Shown here: positions 38,413-50,230 of the stretch, piece by piece
Layout of the letters: each line of letters opens with the position of its first letter
Numbering within the stretch: position 1 is the stretch's first letter
NCBI RefSeq assembly: GCF_001194135.2
Contig: NC_068982.1
Location: 161,602,799 to 161,666,798, forward strand
Direction: 5' to 3'
Length of the DNA: 64,000 nucleotides
Source: Octopus bimaculoides
Taxonomy: Eukaryota
Position numbers and translations under genes: made by a program
The notes under the pieces: model-generated
Database searches by the model: none
Told to the model about the DNA's origin: nothing
Seen by the model: only the letters and a program-made list of their open reading frames with translations

Positions 38413-41400
38413 CTCCTTTATTTTTTCTAAGTACCAGGATGATGACAAGTAGTTAGACCTGTTCAAATGACTCTAAAACAATTTTGGTGTTATGAGAGAG
38501 AAAGAGAGGAGGGGGGGGAGAAGGAAGGACTGCGTATTTAACTGAAGAATCCTAATTTTAACCTAATTGGATCTTGTCAGCTCCAAGGTCATTAGAAACA
38601 GACAAGTTCTGTATTAGACTTTATGTATTAATCAATATTTAGAATACATGATCTGGTTGTGGTGTAGTTTTTTAGTGCAAAATAGAAGTACTATCTACAA
38701 TTCATACGATCTATAGTCTGTTACATACCACACATACATATAAAGTCAATATTGAATGCACAACTAGTGTGTGTGTTTAAAAGTATTCTTTATTTTACTA
38801 GTTCCAATCATTAGATTATAGCCTTGCTGGAAGTGCCACCTTCAAGCAATTGAATTGACTATAATGATCCCTTTATCAAGTTTTTGTAAGGGATGGCAAT
38901 CTATGTCAGTTTGTCCATAAGAGAATGTAAATGAGATATAACCAAATATCACAAGGGTTTTTGCTTGATGCAACCAATACTACAATTCTTCACTGATACA
39001 TACACTCACATGTTTGACAGGCTTCTACACAGTTTCCATAAAACAAATTTCATTCACAAGTCTTCAACTGTTCCAATGTTCTAAGACTGTACTAAGATGC
39101 CAAGCACTGAGACTATACACAGAATTACATGGTAGCGAACTGAACATCTTAACCACATAGCTATGATGTGNNNNNNNNNNGGGGGGGGGGGAGTACATAA
39201 TTTGCAACTAATGTGTTTATAATAGAACATCTAGTATTACTAAGATAAATTCTTTCTTTCAAATGAAGTAATATTACATTATTTAGACTTTCATATTTTT
39301 CTCACAACTAAAACATGTAAAAGAAAAGTTTTGCCTGTGAAGGAGATTCATTTGTTCTTTTAGCATCTGATTTCCATGCTAGCATAGGTTGGATGATAGC
39401 ATATAGTTGAGGCATTGTTTGACATCTAGATGATACTCTTCTTGTGAACACTCATTTTTCAAGCCAAGAATTTTTATTCCACTTAACTTTGAAAGCATTG
39501 AGCTGCAAAGAAATTTGTTGACATGGAATTGTCAACTGCTTTTGCCTGAGCAACTTCAAGTGAAGACATCACAGATTATAAACATTCACCTAGACACACA
39601 TGTTCTTGCCCAACATGCCACACATTGAGACTTGACCTGAAACCATGTGGTTGTGAAGCAAGCATCTTAACCACAACCACACACATACATATCATCATGA
39701 AACCATATACATTTTATGCAAAAGACAAGAGTTAGAAGGACTGACACACACACATGGTAAATAGACACTCACTGACTATGCATAGTACATATTCATTCAT
39801 CTAAATAAGGTATTTATCCACTGAGAGTACTCTATGACTAATTAAGTTAGCCAAGGTTATTTATGGCCAATGTTTATGTGAAGGAAATGAATAGAAAGAG
39901 TGAACTTCAAATATACAACATAAAGAAAATATGGATAAAACATGCATGGTCAATTCCACTTAATTGCATAACATTTCAAAGCACCAAACCATTTATCATC
40001 AAATCTATGTAAAGTTGACTGGCTAATTGCATAAGAAATTTTCGATTTTGAGCTAAAAAAAAATTGGTGAAATGCAGCATAATTGAGAACATTTATTTGA
40101 TTTGATACAATATGAATTAAGTGATTCAGAAAACTTCTGTTTTAATGACTACTAACAGTAGTCAGTACTTCATATTTACAAACAACCAACAATAATAACA
40201 GCAAATGTATTAAGATTATTCTTACTGTTTTAAAGAATTAAAGACTATCAAATATTTGTTTTATTTTTAATTGGATAATACGTATCTTCAATAAACGAAT
40301 CTTTTTTTAGAGAGGAATTTGTAAAAAGACAGTTTGAATAAATCAGTGAATGAACACAGTTTTATTGTTTTCATTATTGACTACATTAGCGTGTTACTAA
40401 CCCAATTTAAGTTTTCTTAACTTGCATGGCTCTAGTTGTTATCATTGATTAATTCAAAGTGTGTGAAATTCATTGAGAGGACATATAAATCTGACTAAGC
40501 TTGGGTAATTGAAGAACATCAAAAGCAACTGGAGGAAAACCTCAAAGTGGATAAACAATTGTCATATTGATGCCCATCAATATATTTGAACTGAGTGAAG
40601 CATAAATAGATTGTGCACACAAAGTGTACTAGAATTTATTTTTGTTTTATTATATAATCCATAAATGTGCGTAACATAGCAACACTCTCACTGCAGCTGA
40701 AAAGATATATTGACATCTTGTTAATTTATTGACAACTAGGAAAATTCAGTTAATTGCATAAGAATTTCAATCATCAAGTGTATATAATTCAATTGGAATA
40801 GATTGCATATGTGTGAGTGCATGTGTGTGTGTGTATATATATATATATATTTTTTTAATGAATACACATTTTTATGTCCAGATATAAATACATTGCACAC
40901 TAATTTTAGCTAAAATCCTCAGTGCTAAGCTTGTTATACTGTTATTGTTTATCTTAGGTCAACTGTAATGAAACTGATATACAATCAAAGATGTGCAAGC
41001 ATGTGATTTTAAATTTGATCCACCTGTATGACACCTTGAACTAATGTCTTTTATCACTACCAAAAGTCAACAAAAGCCTTTGAGTGGAACTTCACAAATG
41101 GAAACTGCATGGAAGTACATAATGTGTGCATACTTTTGTGCTTGTATCCTTCACCTAAATATACTGGTGAAGGATGTAAATACTGGCAACAAAACTGATA
41201 ACTTGGTGCTCTTCAAACCAAGTCCTTTATGACATCTATTCTGCACCAAGTTATAGATATGCAATGACTAGTGATTGGCTCAATCAAAAACTGAAACCAA
41301 TAACAATACTGTTTACCAATACAGAAATAAAATAACTTTGAGCGTCCTGTCTGTTTATCGGATTAGTCCACTGCCCTTCCTTTTTTTTAAATAGTAGGGT

Positions 41401-41870
41401 GTAAGATGAGGTAAATTTGATTGTTATTTCTAGTAAGGTAGGTGACTGTGTAGAGGTTCTCTCATTGGTTCAGAGTGTATGCTTCTGTTGTTTATAAAGT
41501 TGATTGACAATGCAAAGGCTCTCTCATTGACTCTATTGTACCAAAAGTGTACTGAAGAGGTTTCAATGGACTACAAACCTCCACTATATGTGACCTCAAG
41601 CAAATGCCAGAAATCAAATTTATATCTTATATTTTTTTTTCATTTATTGCTACCTCTTCTCCACTTGATATAAAGCCTCTATTTTCTATGGTAGACAATA
41701 CATGCATAAAGCACTGTGCATAGGATTCAAACCCAGAACACTACATGATTACAAAGATTAAAGACAAGATGAATACAGCTGGAATGCTTCTGATCATAGG
41801 TTTGCTACATCAGGACTGATTTGGGATAAACAAATGTAATAAGTGAACCCCCAAATATTCTTTGACAATA

Positions 41871-42745
41871 TACAAGGTGCAAGGAGTAAATTGTTGCCAT
41901 TTTATAATGTTCAATTTCATGCATGTGCATTATCTTTGATTTTATCAACTACATAGTATAGTAAGACCAGTGGGGAACCATCTGTGAGAAAAACAGCACC
42001 ATGATGCAATTCACTTTGCCAGAAATTTAGAAATGACATGCTGTACTGCTTGGCATGCATTTGTGCCGGAAGCTCCAATATGAACAAATAGTGAATACAC
42101 AGAACAACCGTTGGCTTGCAGTGTCCATAAAACATGTACCAAAAGTGATAAAAAAAAATCAAACATCCAGTCAATATTATGGTATTTGGAATGATCACTA
42201 GTTATGGCAACATTATGCCTCCATTCATCTTCTCACACAGCCTCAGACTCAACATGGAGGCCTACATCAAGTGACTGGAGGAGATAGTGCTGCCCTGGGT
42301 CAAGAGGGTGGCTGTTGGAAGACCCTATGTCTGCCAACAGGAATCTGCACCATGCCACACAAGCAGGAGAACCCAGTCATGGCTATCAGACAATTTCTGC
42401 GACCACATCACCCCTAACTCCCCAGACTTCAAACCCCTTATGTGTGGGGCCGCAGTTGAATGAGAGACCAACAAAACTCTTTGTAACACCAAAGATGAAT
42501 GGAAAGCAAGGATTATGGCAGCATTCACCAACTTAAACAAGGAGACAGTCCAAAAGAGTTGCAGGAGATTCCAAAGTCGTCTGGAGGTCGTGGCTGAAGC
42601 CAATGCTGATTTTATTCAATAAATTTACTCATTAGTATTTCAAGATATTTTTATGTAATTTTTGTAAATATATGTTAAAATGAGATGTCAGTGTTATTTT
42701 TATTTTTGCATAATTTAGACGACAATATATTCACCGCATCCAGTA
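41871..42745 (+). mobile_element. Internally deleted Tc1/mariner-superfamily element (maT/DD37D-like) with degenerate TIRs and TA flanks
   Basis: VNTQNNRWLA..HPVNIMVFGMITSYGNIMPPFIF..QQESAPCHTSRRTQSWL..PNSPD..FQSRLEVVAEANADFIQ*. Termini tacaaggtgc.. and ..gcatccagta are flanked by TA. Confidence 0.85.
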
Positions 42746-42944
42746 TATAAAAAATTTTTTAATAAGATTGAAAATAATATTAAAAAAGCCCATCTCACTC
42801 CACCTTGAAAGGATATGTTTATAGATGTCAATGTCGCATATAGTGACAGATTAACAAATAAACAGAGATATAGATTGATAAAAATAGACAAATAAATAAA
42901 CATACAGATATAGACAGACAGAGATGTTAGGAAACAGAATTTTA

Positions 42945-43512
42945 GGATCTTTTTTAAAACGGGGGCCACATTTTTCATTCATGTTTTACGTAGTGTTTTT
43001 GGTACTGAAAGACTTTCAAACTTCGTATACTTATTTATTTTGTGTTATAGAACAGAAAAATACTTTTGTATTCGAATTTATTTCATGTAAAAAATTGTCT
43101 TATTTCGATAATTTCAACCATTCACTGACAAGTATTCAGTTGTTTATATTTACTCCTTTGGCTCATTAAGCGATGTAAAGCGTATTTAATCTCCATACCT
43201 TCGTTTTATTTGCTTTTTTCATTTTAAATTTGCTTTAACCCTAACCCTAACCCTACGGTTAGGGTTAGGGTTAATTGTTTCAGAATCGTTTGTCTATGTA
43301 GTCGGCACTTAATGTATATCGGCTGAATGGACGTCAGTGATTGGTTGAAATTACAGAAATACGACAACTTTAACATGGAATAATTTATGGATTTCTTTTT
43401 TTTTAAAGAAGACTAAGAGAAAAAGATGTTTTATATGACACATTCTACCAGTGTTCCAAGTTTCAAAGTGTTTCGTTAATGAAAAATGTGGCCCCCGTTT
43501 TAAAAAAGATCC
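42945..43512. mobile_element. Young 568-bp MITE with perfect 35-bp TIRs, 8-bp TSD and an internal telomeric-repeat palindrome
   Basis: TIR GGATCTTTTTTAAAACGGGGGCCACATTTTTCATT (42945-42979 / 43478-43512). TSD GAATTTTA at 42937-42944 and 43513-43520. Confidence 0.93.
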
Positions 43513-43746
43513 GAATTTTATTATGATTAGTCTGATATCATTATTAGTTTCACCAATTAATTCAGACTATTATCACTTGGTTAATGAAGCTAACAAGATG
43601 ACCTAACCTGATCTGATGTATTACAAAGATTAGGCATCAAAGAGATGGAGAAAGAAGCAAGAAATTGGGGAAATATCCATGGAAGACAGTGGTTGAAGAT
43701 TTATTTCAAATCAGTGGTTTTGAAAGGGAAGTGGGACAAGGAAGGG

Positions 43747-43787
<41 letters not shown>

Positions 43788-43797
43788 NNNNNNNNNN

Positions 43798-43846
<49 letters not shown>

Positions 43847-45254
43847 GCATGTGAAGGAAAAGAAAGACTGGTGTTCAGCATGATGGGAAGGACTGCACTT
43901 TTTATGTGTTGACATATTCCCAATGAACAGCTTCAGAAAGAGTTAGTTGATTTGATCAGTAATTGTAGTTAATATACTAAACTATGTATTACTGTATTAT
44001 CTGGTCAAAAGGAGTCAAGGGAGGAGAAACAATATCTTTGATTTTATTGGATTCACAGATGAAAGACTGTTGAATTCAACTGAATTATGTCTGCCATTTC
44101 CAATTATTACTCCCTCCTGCTATCTCTCTCATTACAAAATTATGTATAACCACTTCTCCTTCTAATGGAACTGACAATATCTAACACCACCCTCTACATG
44201 CCAAGCCTATTTCAGTATACTTGTTGCAGAATTAACATTGCAACATGTATTAACATAGGTAATTTGAGAGAAAGGGGCATCTATGTGGTTATTTACTCTA
44301 CTAGAAATATATCAACAAAATCTCTCAAACCTTTCTAAAGTCTCAACACTTAGAGGAGGAAGAGGGGCAACAGCCAAGACCCTTTACAAGGTCTCTGAGA
44401 CCAATAAGAAATTATCCTCAGACAGAGAGCTGTCTGATATGTCACACACTTTCCATCAATGACATTTCATTCACAAAGCTTTACTCAATGAGCCCAATGT
44501 GTCACACACTGGGATTGAACCTGAACCAACATTGTTGCATAATGAACTTCTTAAAACACACAACCATGCTCGTCTAAAAGAGAAAAAAAGAAAATAGTCA
44601 TAACATGAAGGTCTTAGGATCAGGGTGGATATGAAGTTAACAGTGCAAGGTATATTACAGTACATAATTCAAGTTTGGAGATTCAATTTCTTTTTCAATA
44701 CACAGAGATTTGTAAATGTCACAATGGCTGAATTTTATATAAGTTTGCCCAATTACTGACACTGGTGCTAAAGTGTTAATTCATCATCATCAAAAACTAG
44801 CATACACCGAATAGGTTAGTAACACAGTAAATATCTAAGCTTCTTGAATGTCTCTTCAAATCTTCAAGAAACCTGACCACTACATTTTCAAGCTTCATCA
44901 AAATTTTTTCTAGATTAATTTCTTCACCAGCTAATTTCCCAAAACATTACATTTGAACATTAAATGTTCATTATCAATGTAGCTGTTTCTTCTGCACACT
45001 ATGGGCCAACATTTCTTCAAAGAATGTTTCACCAGTTATTGTGGCATAACACTCAACATATTGTTATACAACATATTATCAGATATCACTTCATTTCTAA
45101 TACACAGATTATTATAGAGCCTTTTTTAATATCAGCATCACTTCACAGCACAATACAAAGTACACTTCCTCAACTTTTCTTCACACCTGCATTCCAACAC
45201 TTCCCTAACTCTTCAAACTTGTATTCAACATCTACATCAAGTTTTCCCATCTAT

Positions 45255-45480
45255 ATCCCACATGTCTCATTAACTCTCTACATCTGTATCCCATATACTT
45301 CCTCACTCTCCACATCTGTCTCATATGCTTCTTCACTCTCCACATCTGTCTCATATGCTTCTTCACTCTCCACATCTATATCCTATATACTTCCAAACTG
45401 TTCATATCTATATCCCATGTTTCGCATACTCTTCACACCTATATCCCATATGCTTTTTAACTCTTCACATCTGCATTACA
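45255..45480. repeat. 30-bp minisatellite (tctcatatgcttcttcactctccacatctg), 2-3 near-perfect plus several degenerate units
   Basis: Direct tandem repetition; appears as YASSLSTSVS repeats in ORF 44964-45515. Confidence 0.8.
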
Positions 45481-45534
45481 CACACTTCCTTCCTCAAATG
45501 TTCATACCTGTATAAGTAAGACAAAAAATTTAAC

Positions 45535-46148
45535 AATCAGGGCTGTGGATTGGCAGAATTGTTAGTGCAGAATACCTTGTGTATATATTTAGGTTCTTTA
45601 CATTCTGAGTTCAACTTTATCTTTCATCACTCCAAGCTCAATAAAATAAAGAAACAATCAAGTACTAGAGTTGATGGCATTGACTAAGCCCTTCTTCCAT
45701 ATTGCTGACCTTGTCTTTCAATTGAAAACATTATTATTATTATATGAAGGCAGTGAGCTGGAAGAATTGTTAGCACACTGGCCAAAATGCTTCTCAGAAT
45801 TTCATGTTTCTATGTTCTGAGTTCAAATTCTGTTGAGATCGACTTTGCCTTTCATCCTTTCAGGGTCAATAAAATAAATACCAGTAGAGTACTGGGGTCG
45901 ATGTAATCTACTAGTCCCCTCCCCACAAATTTCAGGCCTTGTGCCTTTAGTAGAAATGATTATCATATTCAGACAAAATACCAGTAGCAGCATTTCTTCG
46001 CACTCTTTACATTCTTGAATTCAAAAGCTGCCAAGAACAACTTTGCCTTTCATCCTTTTGAGGTCAATAAAGTATCAGTTAGATACTGGCGTTCATATAA
46101 TCAATTTGTCCCTCCCCTAAAATTCCTGGCCTTGTGCCAAAATTTGAA

Positions 46149-46180
<32 letters not shown>

Positions 46181-46445
46181 ATATGGAGTACTGATAGAAT
46201 CAACAGACTAGTAGACTAAATGACTTACAGAATTTAGTTAAGCAACTTTTACATTTCAGGTTCAAGTCTTAGTAAATTCAATTTCACAATTCATCCTTTT
46301 CTGATTAATAGAATTAGTACTAGGTAAGTGCTAGGGATCACTTTAATTGACTACACCCTCACCTAAAATTTATGTCCTTGTGCCTAAGTTAGAAATTATT
46401 ATTATAAAGGCAGTGTATAAACTGAATCAATAGAACACCTGACAA
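45535..46445 (+). mobile_element. Head-to-tail chain of 4-5 Meta-domain-like SINEs
   Basis: Repeated about 210-bp units, each ending ggccttgtgcc..agaaat(tat)n. The best copy is about 45747-45965. Confidence 0.78.
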
Positions 46446-47342
46446 AATTCCTTGCCACATTGGAAATAACTGCCACTTCCAATAAATGTTTGACAAGAAC
46501 TCAGCATTTTCCTACTGGACAACTATTTATTGATCATAAACAATATATTTGTGCAGCTTAAACCCTAAAATACCAATTCCATCACAAGTTGATCTCAGTT
46601 GTTTCATCAAATAATAAAATGTTTGCAATTGTTGTTTGCCTTCATTAATAGAACCTCATCTATTGACTTTGTAGTCATTCTTTCAGTTATAAACTGTTAT
46701 TCACATTTAAGATATTCATAATTAAAGAGGTTTTCCTTCCGGAATAGTCCATCCTAATTTAAGGTCAATATAACATTAACTTGACCTACACTGATCTATA
46801 GTGGTAACTAGTGCCACTAGTAGAGTCAACTTATTTTATGAGCCAATGAGGAAACCTATGTGGTTTCTTGATTTGCTGAAAACAGCAGCCAAATACCATC
46901 AAATCATGGGCTACCATCTTAAAAAGGAAAAAAACATTGGACAACATAATCCTAGATGGACCAAAAGACGTGCTTGTCATCATTGGAGCACTTTTAATCA
47001 CAAATCTTGCAATCAGAACTGACTTTATGTAGCTAAAAACCCAAGCAAGAAATATGGAGATCACAATCCAAGTATGACTTTACTAATGTGAAGTCTGAGA
47101 TAATGAAAGACACCAGTTGGAGAAATGGCCTTCCATACCTGTTACAAAACACACACACACACACACAGACACACACATATGTATATATATATATAAATAT
47201 ATGTATANNNNNNNNNNNNNNNNNNNNNNNNNNNNNNNNNNNNNNNNNNNNNNNNNNNNNNNNNNNNNNNNNNNNNNNNNNNNNNNNNNNNNNNNNNNNN
47301 NNNNNNNNNNNNNNNNNNNNNNNNNNNNNNNNNNNNNNNNNN

Positions 47343-47380
<38 letters not shown>

Positions 47381-47385
47381 ATACA

Positions 47386-49125
47386 CAGCTGCAGGAGAAA
47401 TACCTAGCCAAAGATAAGCCTCTGTACCTGGCTTTCGTTGGCATGGAGAAAGCCCATGACAGGGTCCCCCGATTCTTTATCTAGTGGTCAATGAGGAAAT
47501 TAGGGATAGATAAATGGTTAGTGAGAGCTGTGCAAGCCATGTACAAGGATGCTGTCAGTAAGGTGAGGGTTGGCAACGAGTACAGTGAAGAATTCCAGGT
47601 AGGGATAGGGGTCCACCAAGGATCAGTCCCCAGCCCCCTCTTATTCATCATAGCCCTCCAGGCAATAACAGTGGAATTCAAGACAGGATGCCTCTGGGAG
47701 CTCCTCTATGCTGATGACCTTGCTCTAATTGCTGAGTCACTATCAGAACTAGAGGAAAAGTTTCAGGTGTGGAAGCAAGGATTAGAATCGAAGGGCCTTA
47801 GAGTCAACTTAGCTAAAACCAAAGTCTTAGTAAGTAGGAAGGCAGACAAATTACAAATCCCTTCAGGTAGATGGCCCTGCTTGATCTGTAGAAAAGGCAT
47901 AGGTAGAAACTCCACAAGATGTACCTGGTGTAAGCTATGGACACATAAGAGGTGCAGCAATATCAAAGGAAGGCTAACTGGGAAGATAGTTTTTGTATGT
48001 GACAAATGCTCAGGTGCTATAAACACTGAAAATGTGTAGAGAACAGCTGTCACATTCCAGTGAGGAAAACTATAAGTAGTTGATAGTTTCCATTACCTAG
48101 GGGACCAAATCAGTAGCTGGGGTTGATGCTCTGAAAGTATAGCTGCTAGAATAAGAATAGCCTGAGCAAAGTTTAGAGAGCTCCTACCTCTGCTGGTGAT
48201 AAAGGGCCTCTTGCTCAAAGTAAAAGGTAGACTGTATGACGCATGTGTAGGAACTGCCATGCTACATGGGCCGTGACTGCTGAGGACATGCGTAAGCTTG
48301 CAAGGAATGAAACCAGTATGCTCTGCTGGATGTGTAATGTCAGTGTGCATACACGACAGAGTGTAAGCGCCCCGAGAGAAAAGTTGGATTTAAGAAGCAT
48401 CAGATGTGGTGTGCAAGAGAGACGATTGCACTGATATGGTCATGTGCTGCGAATGAATGAGGACAGCTGTGTGAAAAAGTGTCAGTTGAGGGAACCTGTG
48501 GAAGAGGTAGACCTAAGAAGACCATTGGGCCTTACTGAGGCAATGACTAGTGGCCGAGACCTTTGGAGATATGCTGTGCTTAAGACCCGACAAGCCAAGT
48601 GAGACCATAACCCATGGTCTATGACAGTTGGTGTAACCAGCCTACTTATGAGTACCCCTCATTCATTGGACATTAAACTTTGTTTGCAAAGACCTATTGT
48701 GGCAAGTGAAATCAAAATTGCTGGCGTGGCCAATGACAGTATCGCCTGATTGGCATTTGTGCCAGTGGAATGTTAACAGCACATCCAAGGGTGATCGTTA
48801 CCAGCGTCGCCTTACTGGCACATGTGCCAGTGACACTTGAAAACCAAATTTGAGCATGGTCGTTGCCAGTGCCGCTGGACTGGCTCCCGTGCAAGTAGCA
48901 CATAAAAAACACCTTTTGAGCGTGGCCAACTGGACCTAGTGTCGGTGACAAGTAAAAGCACACACTACACTCTCAGAGTGGTTGGCGTTATGAAGGGCAT
49001 CCAGCTGCAGAAACTCTGCCAGATCAGATTGGAGCCTGGTGCAGCCTTCTGGCTCACCAGTCCCCAGTCAAACTGTCCAACCTTTAACAGCATGGAAAGC
49101 GGACGTTAAACGACGACGATGATGA
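47386..49125 (+). mobile_element. 5'-truncated RTE-clade LINE: RT with LYADD, inserted PHD finger, C-terminus and full 3' UTR with (GAT)n tail
   Basis: ORF 47491-48039 contains VHQGS...LLYADD. FHYLG follows at about 48090, then WMCNVSV...YGHVLRM with stops and frameshifts. The 3' UTR ends ggacgttaaacgacgacgatgatga. Confidence 0.93.
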
Positions 49126-49983
49126 GAGAGAGCATACAAACAAACAATAATAAGTAATATAAATGTTGGTTGATTTCTCCAGTCCTGCTTTATATTGTGT
49201 TGAGAGAAGGAGAGAGAATAAAAGAGAGATGCAGAAAGAGTTAACTACAAAGTTGAAGTCAATAGAGGAATGCTGAAACGGACCTGCAGTGGTAGATGAT
49301 AAAAGTAACATAGTTGATAGACAGCAAATATGACACGTGCTAAAATATATACACAGACATATCTACAGTTTAAGCAGGAAGATAAACTTGCCAAACACCT
49401 GATAGGAAGTAAAGAAGCAATAGGTTTACACACAAACACACACACAAGTTGACACTATTTTACAAATATCACTTGATGCCAAGACAAGGAGATACACATA
49501 CATATACACATAGAGGCCTCTTTGAGTTTCAGTCAACCAAATCTGCTTACAAGGTTTTGGTTAGCTTAAGGCAGAAAACACTTGTCCAAAGTATCATCCA
49601 ATGAGAGTGAACCTATAACCATATGGTTGGAAAGTAAGCGTCTCAATCCTGCATCCCTAACCACACACTATCAACCAATCACGCCCTTTTGTGCCTTCAG
49701 TCACTGCTCACTTTTCTTCTCTACTCCATTCTTGACACTCCGCCACACCTGTTTTTTTCCAGTCTTGCAAGTTACACAGCAACCTCACAAATGCCAGTAG
49801 CATGGAAAAATACACCCAATACACCTCTATAAAATCGTTGGCCTTGGGAGGGGCATCTAGCCATGGAAATCATGCCAAAGCTGATACTGAAGTTCAGTTT
49901 AGTAACTCGCCAGATACTGTCAAACCATTTAACTCATGCCAGCACGGAAAGTGGACGTTTCCGTGTGTATACACACACACACA

Positions 49984-50038
<55 letters not shown>

Positions 50039-50040
50039 AT

Positions 50041-50230
50041 GCGAGAATATACAAATAATAACAACAGACGAGGACAGGTGGTGTAAATAACAAAAGGATA
50101 TATTAGTATGACGCTCGGGAATACGGAAAGTCTTTGACGTTTCGAGCTACGCTCTTCAACAGAAAGAATACGGAGACAAGGAGAAAAACACGGAGAAAAA
50201 AAATTGAATAGTGTTCAGTCAACGGTCAAT
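50041..50230 (-). mobile_element. Short (TA)n-flanked element carrying the hammerhead motif, probable Penelope-like-element-derived repeat
   Basis: CpG-rich 190-bp unit embedded between TA microsatellites. The CGAAACGTC motif is typical of PLE terminal repeats. Confidence 0.55.
50131..50167 (-). ncRNA. Minimal type I hammerhead ribozyme-like motif (Penelope-like-element type), with A6-to-U change
   Basis: Minus strand reads UCUUU CUGUUGA A GAGC GUA GCUC GAA ACGU C AAAGA. This gives stem I (5 bp), a CUGANGA-like core, stem II GAGC/GCUC, GAAA, a palindromic ACGU stem III and a GUC cleavage triplet. Confidence 0.7.

Noticed and set aside
43235-43274. Ancient telomere-telomere fusion site
   Set aside because: The orientation is CCCTAA then TTAGGG, the opposite of an end-to-end fusion, and it lies inside a TIR/TSD-bounded MITE.
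44964-45515. 183-aa ORF as a gene
   Set aside because: Its length comes from a stop-poor pyrimidine-rich 30-bp minisatellite.
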